A stretch of 64,000 nucleotides of DNA from Obrimoposthia wandeli (taxonomy: Eukaryota), in contig CDROCS010002105.1 of the NCBI GenBank assembly GCA_977020255.1, positions 1 through 64,000 of the forward strand, read 5' to 3'. Below, one piece after another: positions 8,157 through 18,400 of the stretch (within the stretch, counting starts at the first letter, position 1; the number at the start of each line of letters is the position of its first letter). A program made the position numbers and the translations under genes. The notes beneath the pieces are model-generated. The model was given only the letters and a program-made list of their open reading frames with translations. It was not told the origin of the DNA and did no database searches.

Positions 8157-9760
8157 ACGGCAACCTTCTTCATAAATTTATGTTTAACCAAGCGGGTGTC
8201 GAGTTGTCCTAACTTGTTGCTGACGATTACGCAGATGAAGTTGTTAGATTTCGGTGTAATACACGATAATAATAAACGGCCAAATTGTTCGTCGTACACC
8301 ATGTCGATATCGTCAATCATTAATACTGGCTTGTTACTGAGTAAGGCTCGAACAACCAATAATGCGAATAATACCTGACGCGAAAATGGCAACTGAGTAT
8401 GGCTTGATATTTGGGTATAAAAACCATTTTTTAACCCATCAATTTTGTTTTTTATCGCTAAGTTTTCGCATAGGGAAAAAGCGGCATTATTCAAGTGAGG
8501 GCGAAAACAGGTGAGGTTATCGATGATAGACCCTTCCACTAATGTCGTATTTTTATCGACTTTGATAATGTCATTTCGCCATGTGGCATAATCAATGTCT
8601 GTTTGTGGTTGTTCATTAACGTGAATCGTAATCGCATCATCGTGTGTATCACGCGTTAGGCACCGTAGATGGTGGCTTTTTCCCGTACCGCTCACGCCAG
8701 TGAAAAGGTGAATATTTCCCTTAGAGAGTACAATGTTTTGTGGGGGCGTTATTCTATCTGTTGGCTGAGTACTCAGCGTGAGAGTATTCACGGGCTGTAA
8801 GGGAATATCCTCATGGGCTGTGGCTTCCAATTCCAGTAATTCACAAATACGTTCAATGTGCATTTGGTTTACCCGCCAGCGACTCAAGGTTTTCATAACT
8901 TGCTGGTAAGGGGCAAAGTAGCGATTGGTAAGAAGAATAACGGCAGCCATGACCCCTTGGCTAATTTCCAGGTTGATTACAGCACGCGCACACAGCACCA
9001 CCACTAAGGCGACAGAGAGTTGTTGAATTAACTGTAACGTGAGGTTAAATGATGACTCAAGACGTTCGTACTCAATGCTTTGGGTTTCACGTTCGCCGAT
9101 CATTTCGACCATCACACTTTCTACGCGGTATTCCATGGTGCGGCTTTTAATGTCTAATGGATTGGAGACGATTTCGATGATTTTGGAGCTGGTAAGCCCT
9201 TCGATATCCGATCGTTGTGATAAAACATCGACACGCTTTTGAGCAAGAAAGCGTGCAGTAACAAATAAAATGCTTGAAGCGATGATCAACGCTAAGCCTG
9301 CCCACATATTAATTAAGAAAATGATTAATACAGTAATCGCGCTAGTGCCGCCGTTGATCAGGGCTTTGATCGATTCCCCCCCGAAAAACTGTTTAATATC
9401 AGGGATTGTCGAAATACGTTCGAGGTATTCCCCCATTTCCAGACGATTAAAACGTTCAATATTAGCAGCACAAATAGCAAGAAAAACACTGTTGGTAAGC
9501 TGGCTTTCAAACCGCTTCATAATGACAGACACCAAGTATTCTTCTTGGCGTTTTAATTGGTAGTCGATAAAGATAGCCGTCAAAATAACCGCAAACAACA
9601 ACATCAATGAGTTGGTGGATTGATTCGGTAAGATACGGTCAAAAATAATCAAAATAGAAAAAGGTAACACCAAACCGAGCAGCGTGGTCATGATGGTAGA
9701 AAAGACCAAGTACACTTTATCTATAGGGCTTATTTTACGAGTAAATAAATGACTTTTCAT
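8153..9760 (-). CDS. Second T1SS ABC transporter subunit, 535 aa (TMD + degenerate NBD)
   Basis: IFDRILPNQ TMD motif; Walker A GVSGTGKS; Walker B VLMIDD; 4-bp overlap with the next gene. Confidence 0.85.
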   Translation of the reverse strand: MKSHLFTRKISPIDKVYLVFSTIMTTLLGLVLPFSILIIFDRILPNQSTNSLMLLFAVILTAIFIDYQLKRQEEYLVSVIMKRFESQLTNSVFLAICAANIERFNRLEMGEYLERISTIPDIKQFFGGESIKALINGGTSAITVLIIFLINMWAGLALIIASSILFVTARFLAQKRVDVLSQRSDIEGLTSSKIIEIVSNPLDIKSRTMEYRVESVMVEMIGERETQSIEYERLESSFNLTLQLIQQLSVALVVVLCARAVINLEISQGVMAAVILLTNRYFAPYQQVMKTLSRWRVNQMHIERICELLELEATAHEDIPLQPVNTLTLSTQPTDRITPPQNIVLSKGNIHLFTGVSGTGKSHHLRCLTRDTHDDAITIHVNEQPQTDIDYATWRNDIIKVDKNTTLVEGSIIDNLTCFRPHLNNAAFSLCENLAIKNKIDGLKNGFYTQISSHTQLPFSRQVLFALLVVRALLSNKPVLMIDDIDMVYDEQFGRLLLSCITPKSNNFICVIVSNKLGQLDTRLVKHKFMKKVAV

Positions 9761-9772
9761 TGTTTACTCCTT

Positions 9773-11206
9773 TTATTGGACTAAGAGATGTAATGGAATA
9801 GGGGAGTCGGTTTTCTTGTCGCCTACGGGTGACATTTGTTCGGCTATTTTCCCAATCGTATTCATATTCAAGTTGCCAATCAGTTCGTTCAGTTGTACCA
9901 AAGTAATGATGTAGTCGTAGCGGGTGCTCTCATAATCACGGATGCTGCTAAATAACTTACTTTCAGCGGAAAGAAGATCGGTGATGGTTCGTGTACCCAG
10001 TTTATGGGCTTTTTGAATGCCATTATAAGAGGCGTAATTGGCTTGAATAATGGTTTTTAAACTGGCTAACGACATGGAATAGTCGTTAATGTTATATATG
10101 AATTCATCGAACCGCTGCTGGCTTTGATCTTTACTGTCTTGTAAGTCAATTTCGGTGCGTTCTATGTCGACTTTATTTTGTTCATAGCGGTAGTAATCAC
10201 GACCGCCATTTAAAATAGGCACATTGAGCTTTAAGGTGTAAACGGCTTCTTCTGTCACGCCATTATCGGGAAATAGGGTGGCTGAGGCGTCATTGGTATC
10301 GTCATAGGTATAGCCGATACTGCCTGTTACTGAAGGCACAAAAGTTGCCCCCGTTTCTTTTAAGGTCTGCCTGCTTTTTTTGACCTGTTGCTGAGCGATG
10401 AGTAAGTCATAACCTGAGCTATACAAGATGTCGTTTAAGCGACGTTCTCGATCTAATGGTATCTCGGTGAACTCTATCGTTGATTGCAGATCATAATCAG
10501 GATTTAAAGGGCGCTGAACAATTGTTTCAAGCTGAGTCAGTATGACTTTTTGATCTTTTTTCAAGGTACGTAATGTGTTCGCCGTGCCTTCTTTTTGGGC
10601 TAACACTTCGTATTTTTCTGTACCTGCCATATTGCCGAGTTCAACGTTACGCGTGATTAATTTTAAACGGGAGATCGACGAATTCAATTCTGCCTGAGTC
10701 GCGCGAATTTGGGCGCTACTTTTCAAATATTCAAAATAGGTTGTAGATGCATCTCGGATAATTGCTTGGCGTGTTTGGGCTGTTTTTAGGGTTTCAATAT
10801 CAATATTTGTTCGTGTATTGGTGTGCGAATAAATATCGCCCAAATTAAACAATGTTTGTGACAGTGTCACGTTTACGCCGTGGTTGTTATAACTGTTGTC
10901 GGTGTTAGGGCTTGATGTTTGATGTGTTGTACCATCATTCCAATTGGTATTGGCAGAGACATTTAGAGAAGGAAGAAACTTTCCACGGTTAATATCGAGA
11001 TCATATTGTGAGGATCGCAAACCTGTTTCAGTGCTGTTGAGTGACAAGTTTTCTTGCAATGCAATATCGACCACTTCCAATAAATCGGCAGCAGAGGCTG
11101 TTAAGGGCAGTGAGGTCCCCAATAATAAAGCACATGACACTGCGGTTGAAACGCTAACAGATTTTCTTAATTGCCATGTATTTTTTAATAACTTTAATGA
11201 TTTCAT
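9773..11206 (-). CDS. TolC-family outer-membrane protein (start taken at MKSL; longest ORF begins at 11296)
   Basis: Signal peptide ending ASA|ADL; LPSLNVSA; LNVPILNGG; GTRTITDLLSAE. Confidence 0.9.
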   Translation of the reverse strand: MKSLKLLKNTWQLRKSVSVSTAVSCALLLGTSLPLTASAADLLEVVDIALQENLSLNSTETGLRSSQYDLDINRGKFLPSLNVSANTNWNDGTTHQTSSPNTDNSYNNHGVNVTLSQTLFNLGDIYSHTNTRTNIDIETLKTAQTRQAIIRDASTTYFEYLKSSAQIRATQAELNSSISRLKLITRNVELGNMAGTEKYEVLAQKEGTANTLRTLKKDQKVILTQLETIVQRPLNPDYDLQSTIEFTEIPLDRERRLNDILYSSGYDLLIAQQQVKKSRQTLKETGATFVPSVTGSIGYTYDDTNDASATLFPDNGVTEEAVYTLKLNVPILNGGRDYYRYEQNKVDIERTEIDLQDSKDQSQQRFDEFIYNINDYSMSLASLKTIIQANYASYNGIQKAHKLGTRTITDLLSAESKLFSSIRDYESTRYDYIITLVQLNELIGNLNMNTIGKIAEQMSPVGDKKTDSPIPLHLLVQ

Positions 11207-13403
11207 CACTTTTATACGGCTTGCTGATGACATAGTCCATCCCTGCTTCAATACATGACTTGTGTTCTGCTGCACTGGTGAGTGCGGTTGCACCAATAAT
11301 GGTAGCGGGTTGATTGATATCTATTTCTTGTTCTCGCTGGCGAATTAATTTCGTGGCTTCTAGCCCCCCCATACCAGGCATAATACAGTCCATGAAGACG
11401 ATGTCGGCACCGTGCTCTTTCATGTATTCGACCGCTTGTGCGCCATCACTGACGGTGTGGGAATCATAATCTTGTTTGCTCAGTAACTTTTTCAATAAAA
11501 ATTGTTGTACGCGATCATCTTCAACAATCAAGAAAGTGCTTTGAGTTTGTGTATTGGTTTCTTCAGTCTCTTTGAGCGCTTCTGATAAGTTTGGAATGAA
11601 CTCATACGGTATTAATGGGGTATAGAACACGCGATCAACATACTCATGGGTATCTTGCACTGTGCTTGATTCTGATGCGGCCAAAAATAATTTCGTTTTA
11701 GCGGATTTTTTCAGACGTGAATGCAATGTCTTACAAAAGGATTTCAGCTGAATGCCTTTTAGCGTATCGGTAATAATAATGGCATCGTAATTACCGATGA
11801 CGGGCAGTGATTGGAAGATGTCATTGGCGGTACGGATAACCTCAACCGTTGCGCCATATTGCGTTAAAATATGTGTCATGATGTCGATCTGTAGCAGAGA
11901 GTCGGTACAAATCATGATGTGTTTATTTTCAAGTGAACGTTCAATGCGATAAAAACACTTTGGCGTGATATCAATGGCAATATGTAGCTGCTGAAAAGGC
12001 GGCATCGACAAGGCGTCGCTATGTACTGTCCGCGCTTGAAACCATAATGATTTAAAATGACTGACCTTGGTTAAAATAGCCTTAGACCATTCATCATTAA
12101 TCCCGCTTTTTTCATCGACAGAATCCCATGGTGTATCTTGAATACAGGCGAGATCTACGTTATCGGTTGGCAAGAATAAAATCTCAAAGATTAAACGGGT
12201 TTGCTCAACGTCTTCTGCCGCTTCAGTGCGGATCTTCAGTAATATGTGTTTTTCATTTTGTGCTGATATGGCATTAGAGAGTTGTAAGAATAGAACCCAA
12301 AATAAGCTGGTGGAATTCCCTTCTATTTCTTCTGGTAAGTTCTCGCCCAAGCTGCATTCTAAGCTACGTTGTGATTGTTGTGTTTTTGCGGTTAAGTGCA
12401 CGATCAATTCAGACATGAAAGGCAGAAAAGAGATTTTGCCAGTTTGAGCCTTATTACCGCCAGAAATTAATCGATTATAGTTATCAGCAAGATCGGACAA
12501 GGTATTCGTTGCCAAGGTGACATCACGGGCCATCACTGCACCATTTTCACCAGCATCTTGCGCCATTAAGCGCACTCCACCTTGAATGGTGTTAGTCATA
12601 CCGCGAATTTCATATCCAATAAGGGCATAAAGCTGGCGGTATAAATCGGCATTACGTTTTTGAAATTCAACATCTTGATACATGGATGAAAGATTGGCGA
12701 AGATACGCCTTTCTATCGGGGGTGTTTCAAGGTTATTCAGTAGTGCCTGAATACCTTTAGCATCGATGCTTTCAAGTTGGGTTGCAAGTTGTTCAACATC
12801 ATGATGGGTGTGAGTATTGCGCTTGTTAACCTTCTTCCGACGAAATGCTTGTATTAAGACGAGAACAATAGCTATGCCGGTACAGAGAGCAAATATCAGG
12901 AGCGTTTGATAAAAAAGTTGTTGTTGTGTGTGGTAATAATCGGCTTCTACAATATTGATGAGGTTCTGATGGGCAGCTTGTAGCGCGACATAACTGTTTA
13001 GTAACGATTGTTGAAACGAAGTGATATCACCCGTTGCCAAATATTTATCAATCGATACTTGCAACCGTGGGTGTACGACACTTCCCACTAAACTGACTTT
13101 AGACTTTTCAAAAGAAGCCTGGTGTTCAAAGTCTGTAATTTGCAGGCGCAGTGCGCTAATAGGTAAACCTAGGTGCGGCGAACTAGGTATGCATAGTGTT
13201 TTCTCACAACCTATTACTGTTAGCATTAGTGCTTCAGTTTTATTCACTAAGGCAGCTGAACTTTGTAGTAAATCCGATTGTAGGCTGGCGGTGTAATCGT
13301 CGTTATTATTCAGCCAACGCCAACCCATTAGGATTTGTGCGAATATAAACCCTATAAGTAAGACGAATGAGATTCTAGTGATTGTATTCTTTGACATATT
13401 CAC
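11154..13403 (-). CDS. Membrane-bound hybrid sensor: 2 TM, periplasmic domain, degenerate HisKA/HATPase, pseudo-REC, intact C-terminal REC
   Basis: H-box reads LIGYEIRGMTN; N-box remnant LSNAI with no recognisable G boxes; REC motifs LIVEDD, FMDCIMP, SKP. Confidence 0.85.
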   Translation of the reverse strand: MNMSKNTITRISFVLLIGFIFAQILMGWRWLNNNDDYTASLQSDLLQSSAALVNKTEALMLTVIGCEKTLCIPSSPHLGLPISALRLQITDFEHQASFEKSKVSLVGSVVHPRLQVSIDKYLATGDITSFQQSLLNSYVALQAAHQNLINIVEADYYHTQQQLFYQTLLIFALCTGIAIVLVLIQAFRRKKVNKRNTHTHHDVEQLATQLESIDAKGIQALLNNLETPPIERRIFANLSSMYQDVEFQKRNADLYRQLYALIGYEIRGMTNTIQGGVRLMAQDAGENGAVMARDVTLATNTLSDLADNYNRLISGGNKAQTGKISFLPFMSELIVHLTAKTQQSQRSLECSLGENLPEEIEGNSTSLFWVLFLQLSNAISAQNEKHILLKIRTEAAEDVEQTRLIFEILFLPTDNVDLACIQDTPWDSVDEKSGINDEWSKAILTKVSHFKSLWFQARTVHSDALSMPPFQQLHIAIDITPKCFYRIERSLENKHIMICTDSLLQIDIMTHILTQYGATVEVIRTANDIFQSLPVIGNYDAIIITDTLKGIQLKSFCKTLHSRLKKSAKTKLFLAASESSTVQDTHEYVDRVFYTPLIPYEFIPNLSEALKETEETNTQTQSTFLIVEDDRVQQFLLKKLLSKQDYDSHTVSDGAQAVEYMKEHGADIVFMDCIMPGMGGLEATKLIRQREQEIDINQPATIIGATALTSAAEHKSCIEAGMDYVISKPYKSDEIIKVIKKYMAIKKIC

Positions 13404-13409
13404 AACTCT

Positions 13410-14768
13410 TTACCTCTCATCAAATGCGTCTTCCATGGCGCTCATTACCGGTTTTAATGCGTAATCAATGGCGTAGCGTGAACCCGTCTTTATATCGGCA
13501 GTGAATTCCATGTAAGGGGATAAAGTGTATTTTGCGCCAGATTTTTCAAGAAAATCCTGTTGAATAGTGATCTTCGCAATATAGAATTCATTCTCTTCTT
13601 CTTTATATGATGAACGACTAATAGAGTTAATCGTGCCAGAAATAAATCCGTATTTTGCAAAGTTATAGGTGTCAAACTTCAATTTCACTTCCTGACCTAT
13701 CTCAACAAATCCCATGTCTTTCTTTGGTATTTTTGCTTCGCCGTGAAGCGTGTTTTTGATTGGAGAAATGTCAGCAATACTTTCATTCGGAGGAATAACG
13801 GCTGATTTAAAGTTGAAGTGTACTTTGTCGACTACGCCGTCGACAGGCGAATACACCGTTAAGCGCTCTACTTTGTCGGTATGCTGGGGTAGTTGTGCTT
13901 TTTTCAGCGAGAGATCTTTTTCAAGTTGGTTGATTTGTGTTTGGTACTCGGCATTACGATTGGCTATGGTGTCATTCAGTTGTTTTTCCAGTCGTGCGGA
14001 TTGAAACTGCTCGTTCATTACGGCTTCATCTAGGTTTTCTATCTCTCGTAACATGTTTGTTTCTTGTACTTGCATATTGAGTACATCGATATAAGACGCC
14101 ATTTCTTCTTTATAGAGGGTTTCTTTGATTGATAGCTGCTTTTTGATTAACCCTAATTGCTTGCGTGAGCTGTTAATACGGTTTTTCATTGAGACGATAA
14201 GGCGATTCTTGTGTTCAATATCAAGGCTCATTAGTTCTTGATTTGAGGTGTTTTTCTGAAATTCTTTTTGCCATGACTCAATATTTTGTGTGATCAGCGT
14301 GGGATAAGCACTAAACGATGAAAAGTCAGGAAGTGTTTGTTTAATTAGCCCCAAATAACGGGTGATTTCAATTTCTAACCCAACGATATCTAATGTCGCT
14401 GATTCGAGTTGGGTATTTCGATCAACCGATTTAAGCCGAGCAATGGGTTGGCCTGCGTAAACGTAATCGCCAGTTTTGACTAAGAGTGTGTCGAGAATTC
14501 CGCCTTCCAAATGCTGTACGCGCTCAATGTCTGAATCGAGCAGCATTTCGCCGCGAGATGATACAACTATGTCAATTTGGGCTTGCGATGCTAATACGAT
14601 AAGTAACATAAAAGCGGCAAACATAAAGAGCAACGACTTATGCACGGTTGTCATTGCGCTCTTGATATAGACATTATTTTCTATTTCTATATCATTTTTG
14701 TGCTTAGATTCCACTAATGCTTTTTTTATGTGTTTTTCTATACCCACTGCATCGACTCCTTGAAACAA
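13410..14768 (-). CDS. HlyD-family T1SS membrane fusion protein
   Basis: VQHLEGGIL, VKTGDYV.AGQ, VYSPVDGVV, GQEVKLKFDTYNFAKYG. Confidence 0.93.
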   Translation of the reverse strand: MFQGVDAVGIEKHIKKALVESKHKNDIEIENNVYIKSAMTTVHKSLLFMFAAFMLLIVLASQAQIDIVVSSRGEMLLDSDIERVQHLEGGILDTLLVKTGDYVYAGQPIARLKSVDRNTQLESATLDIVGLEIEITRYLGLIKQTLPDFSSFSAYPTLITQNIESWQKEFQKNTSNQELMSLDIEHKNRLIVSMKNRINSSRKQLGLIKKQLSIKETLYKEEMASYIDVLNMQVQETNMLREIENLDEAVMNEQFQSARLEKQLNDTIANRNAEYQTQINQLEKDLSLKKAQLPQHTDKVERLTVYSPVDGVVDKVHFNFKSAVIPPNESIADISPIKNTLHGEAKIPKKDMGFVEIGQEVKLKFDTYNFAKYGFISGTINSISRSSYKEEENEFYIAKITIQQDFLEKSGAKYTLSPYMEFTADIKTGSRYAIDYALKPVMSAMEDAFDER

Positions 14769-14778
14769 TGACCTTCTG

Positions 14779-15105
14779 CTATACCGTTAACGTTAGAACC
14801 TGTTGGTTAACTCTAGCGACTTCTTCTAAGGCTTCATCCAGAAGCTGTAGATTCGGTTTTTCACCGTGCTTACATAAGTTTTCGATGGTTTCTAGTTGTA
14901 ATGTGGCTTTCTCTTCACAAAGCGTCAGTAATACGCCTCGAAGGGAATGTATGGTGTGAAACAACCCATCAATATCTTGGTTTGCATATTGATTCTGTAT
15001 CACACGTATATCATCCCCGTGTTCTTCACTATAAAGTTCGATAATCATCGAAATCATGTCGCTATCATCGCCCATAGAGGTACTGAAATCCGTGTAATTT
15101 ATCAT
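14779..15105 (-). CDS. Stand-alone Hpt (histidine phosphotransfer) protein
   Basis: LFHTIHSLRG Hpt motif in a ~108-aa helical protein; SD AAGGGAGA before MINY. Confidence 0.85.
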   Translation of the reverse strand: MINYTDFSTSMGDDSDMISMIIELYSEEHGDDIRVIQNQYANQDIDGLFHTIHSLRGVLLTLCEEKATLQLETIENLCKHGEKPNLQLLDEALEEVARVNQQVLTLTV

Positions 15106-15416
15106 GATATCTCTCCCTTTTTTCCCCAGATTGAAACGTAGCACTTAGAATATAAAACGGCTTTCTAACAATAATTTATGGTCTAGGTTTGACTATATAT
15201 CAAGACAAAATTTAAATTATTGAACTTTCTTATTTCGAACAATATTCCACATGTAAAACGGTCATTTTTTTGACGCTAAGTATGCGTAATATCACTTTTT
15301 ATTTATTTAAAAGTGAATCACTCTCAATATATTTGCCAAATCATTTTTGTTGTTCTTATGTATATATATGAAAGTTTGTTTTGTACATAAATGACAACAT
15401 TGTATGGAGTTCTCAA

Positions 15417-18400
15417 ATGGCGAAAAATAAGAGCGATAAACATCAGGATAAAAAGAATGATGACAACAATGAATTGAATGATGCTGTTGAGAATATTGCT
15501 ACGCCGAATGAAGGGACTGATGATACTCGTGGTCATGATAGACAGAACTTGCAAAATACAGTTGCAGCAGCCACAGCTACCGGTGCTGAGTCATCAGGTT
15601 TAGCCGATGAAATCAATGCCGCCATGAATGACAATCCTTCCGGTGCGGGTCGAGAAGCGCGAGGGGGGCAGCGTCGCGCAGAAGAAAAAAATGCGAACGA
15701 TGATGATAAATCACAAGGGCGTGGTGGTAATAAGCAGGCACAAGAACCAATAAATAATGGTCGTGATAATAATAATGATGCGACGGGAGGAACGGCACCA
15801 CAATCTGTTGGTGGTAACACGCCACAAGGGGATCCTTCTGGTAGTGGTAATGATACGCCTCAATCAAAAACGGATACAAGCCCTGAGCAACAGAGTGCTG
15901 GGGGGGCTGGTGGCGGTAGAGGAGGTCAGGCTCGCAACCAAGAGGTAGACACGGCAACAACCAGTGAAACATTTGAAGTCGATGTGGCGGATGCGATAGC
16001 TGCTGATTTATCTGTTGAAGATGAATTTGATACTAAAAGCAGCTCAGAAACGTTAGAAGTTCAAGTTAATAACGTGAACGACGAAGTCGTTATTGATGAT
16101 GAAATTGCACCTATGTTTGATGGTGTCGAAGATACTCAGATTGTATTTACTGAAGCTGAACTATTGGCAAATGCGAGTGATGTCGATGGTGATGATTTAA
16201 GTGTTGAAAATCTAAGTATCGATAATGCGACGTTTGCCATTGAAATTGATCCTGAAACGGGTGAAAAATCCTTTGTTGTTACGCCAAATGAAAATGTAAA
16301 TGGAGAATTGAAAGTAACGTTTGATGTGTCGGATCAGAATGGCAGCGAAGTTGCCTCTGGTGCAACACTGAATATTGCAGCCGTCAATGATGCGGCGGTT
16401 GTAACTGACACTGATATTGGTGGCACCGAAGATACCGCCATTACCTTTACCCAAGAGATGCTGCTACAAAATGCGACGGATATCGACAGTGATGATCTGA
16501 CCGCACTTAACCTGAGTATTGATGCCGAATACGGCGCAGTTGTTGATAATGAAGATGGCACCTTTACCTTCACCCCAACGGCCGATTATAACGGCGACGT
16601 GCCTTTCACCTTCGATGTTGATGATAACGATGGCGCAGTCACGCAAGCCTCGGGTAGTCTCGATGTCGCGGCAGTGAATGATGCGGCGGTTGTAACCGAT
16701 GCCCGACACTGATATTGATGGCACTTGAAGATGCCGCCATCACCTTTTTACCCAAGAGATGCTGCTACAAAATGCGACGGATATCGACAGTGATAATCTG
16801 ACCCTAATCGCGCTTAACTTGAGTATTGATGCCGAATACGGCGCTGTTAAGTGATAATGAAGATGGCACCTTTAGTTTCACACCTACTCTGGCTGATTAT
16901 AACGGTGATGTGCCTTTCACCTTCGATAATCGATGACAATGATGGTGCGGTAACGCAAGCCTCGGGCACCCTTGATATTGCAGCCGTCAATGATGCGGCG
17001 GTTGTAACTGACACTGATATTGATGGCACTGAAGATACCGCCATCACCTTTACCCAAGAGATGCTGCTGCAAGTTACAAAATTACTTGCGACGGATATCG
17101 ACAGTGATAATCTGACCGCGCTTAACTTGAGTATTGATGCCGAATACGGCGCTGTTGTTGATAATGAAGATGGCACCTTTAGTTTCACACCTACCGGCGA
17201 TTATAACGGTGATGTGCCTTTCACCTTCGATGTCGATGACAATGATGGTGCGGTAACGCAAGCCTCGGGCACCCTTGATATTGCAGCCGTCAATGATGCG
17301 GCGGTTGTAACTGACACTGATATTGGTGGCACTGAAGATACAACCATCACCTTTACCCAAGAGATGCTGCTACAAAATGCGACGGATATCGACAGTGATA
17401 ATCTGACCGCGCTTAACTTGAGTATTGATGCTGAATACGGTGCTGTTGTTGATAATGAAGATGGCACCTTTACTTTTACACCCACTCTACGATTATATAA
17501 TGCACCATGATGTACCTTTCACCTTCGATGTCGATGATAATGATGGTGCGGTAACGCAAGCCTCTGGGCACCCTTTGATATTGCAGCCGTCAACAATGAT
17601 GCGGCGGTTGTAACTGACACTGATATTGGTACCGAAGATACCAAAGCATTACCTTTACCCAAGAGATGTTGCTACAAAATGCGACATTTGATATCGACAG
17701 TGATAATCTGACCGCACTTAACTTGAGTATTGATGCTGAATACGGCGCAGTTGTTGATAACGAAGATGGCACCTATACCTTTACACCTACTGGTGATTAT
17801 AACGGCGATGTGCCTTTCACCTTCGATGTCGATGACAATGATGGTGCGGTAACGCAAGCCTCGGGCACTAGTCTCGATATTGGTGGCAGTAAACGATGCG
17901 CAGTCATGTAACACGCCCACTGATATTGGGCACTGAAGATACCGCCATCACCTTTACCCAAGAGATGCTGCTACAAAATGCGACGGATATCGACAGTGAT
18001 AATCTGACCGCGCTTAACTTGAGTATTGATGCTGAATACGGTGCTGTTGTTGATAATGAAGATGGCACCTTTACTTTTACACCTACCGGCGATTATAACG
18101 GCGATGTACCTTTCACCTTCGATGTCGATGATAATGATGGTGCGGTAACGCAAGCCTCGGGCACCCTTGATATTGCAGCCGTCAATGATGCGGCGGTTGT
18201 AACTGACACTGATATTGATGGCACTGAAGATACCGCCATCACCTTTACCCAAGAGATGCTGCTACAAAATGCGACGGATATCGACAGTGATAATCTGACC
18301 GCACTTAACTTGAGTATTGATGCCGAATACGGCGCCGTTGTTGATAATGAAGATGGCACCTTTACTTTCACACCGACCGGCGATTATAACGGCGATGTAC

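Noticed and set aside
11207-11296. N-terminal extension of TolC
   Set aside because: It lies inside the sensor's REC coding region; the signal peptide fits a later start
15417-15700. AAATATG(A) segment as a LapG cleavage site
   Set aside because: Not the T(A/P)AG-type context after a folded retention module, and no lapG/lapD in the window
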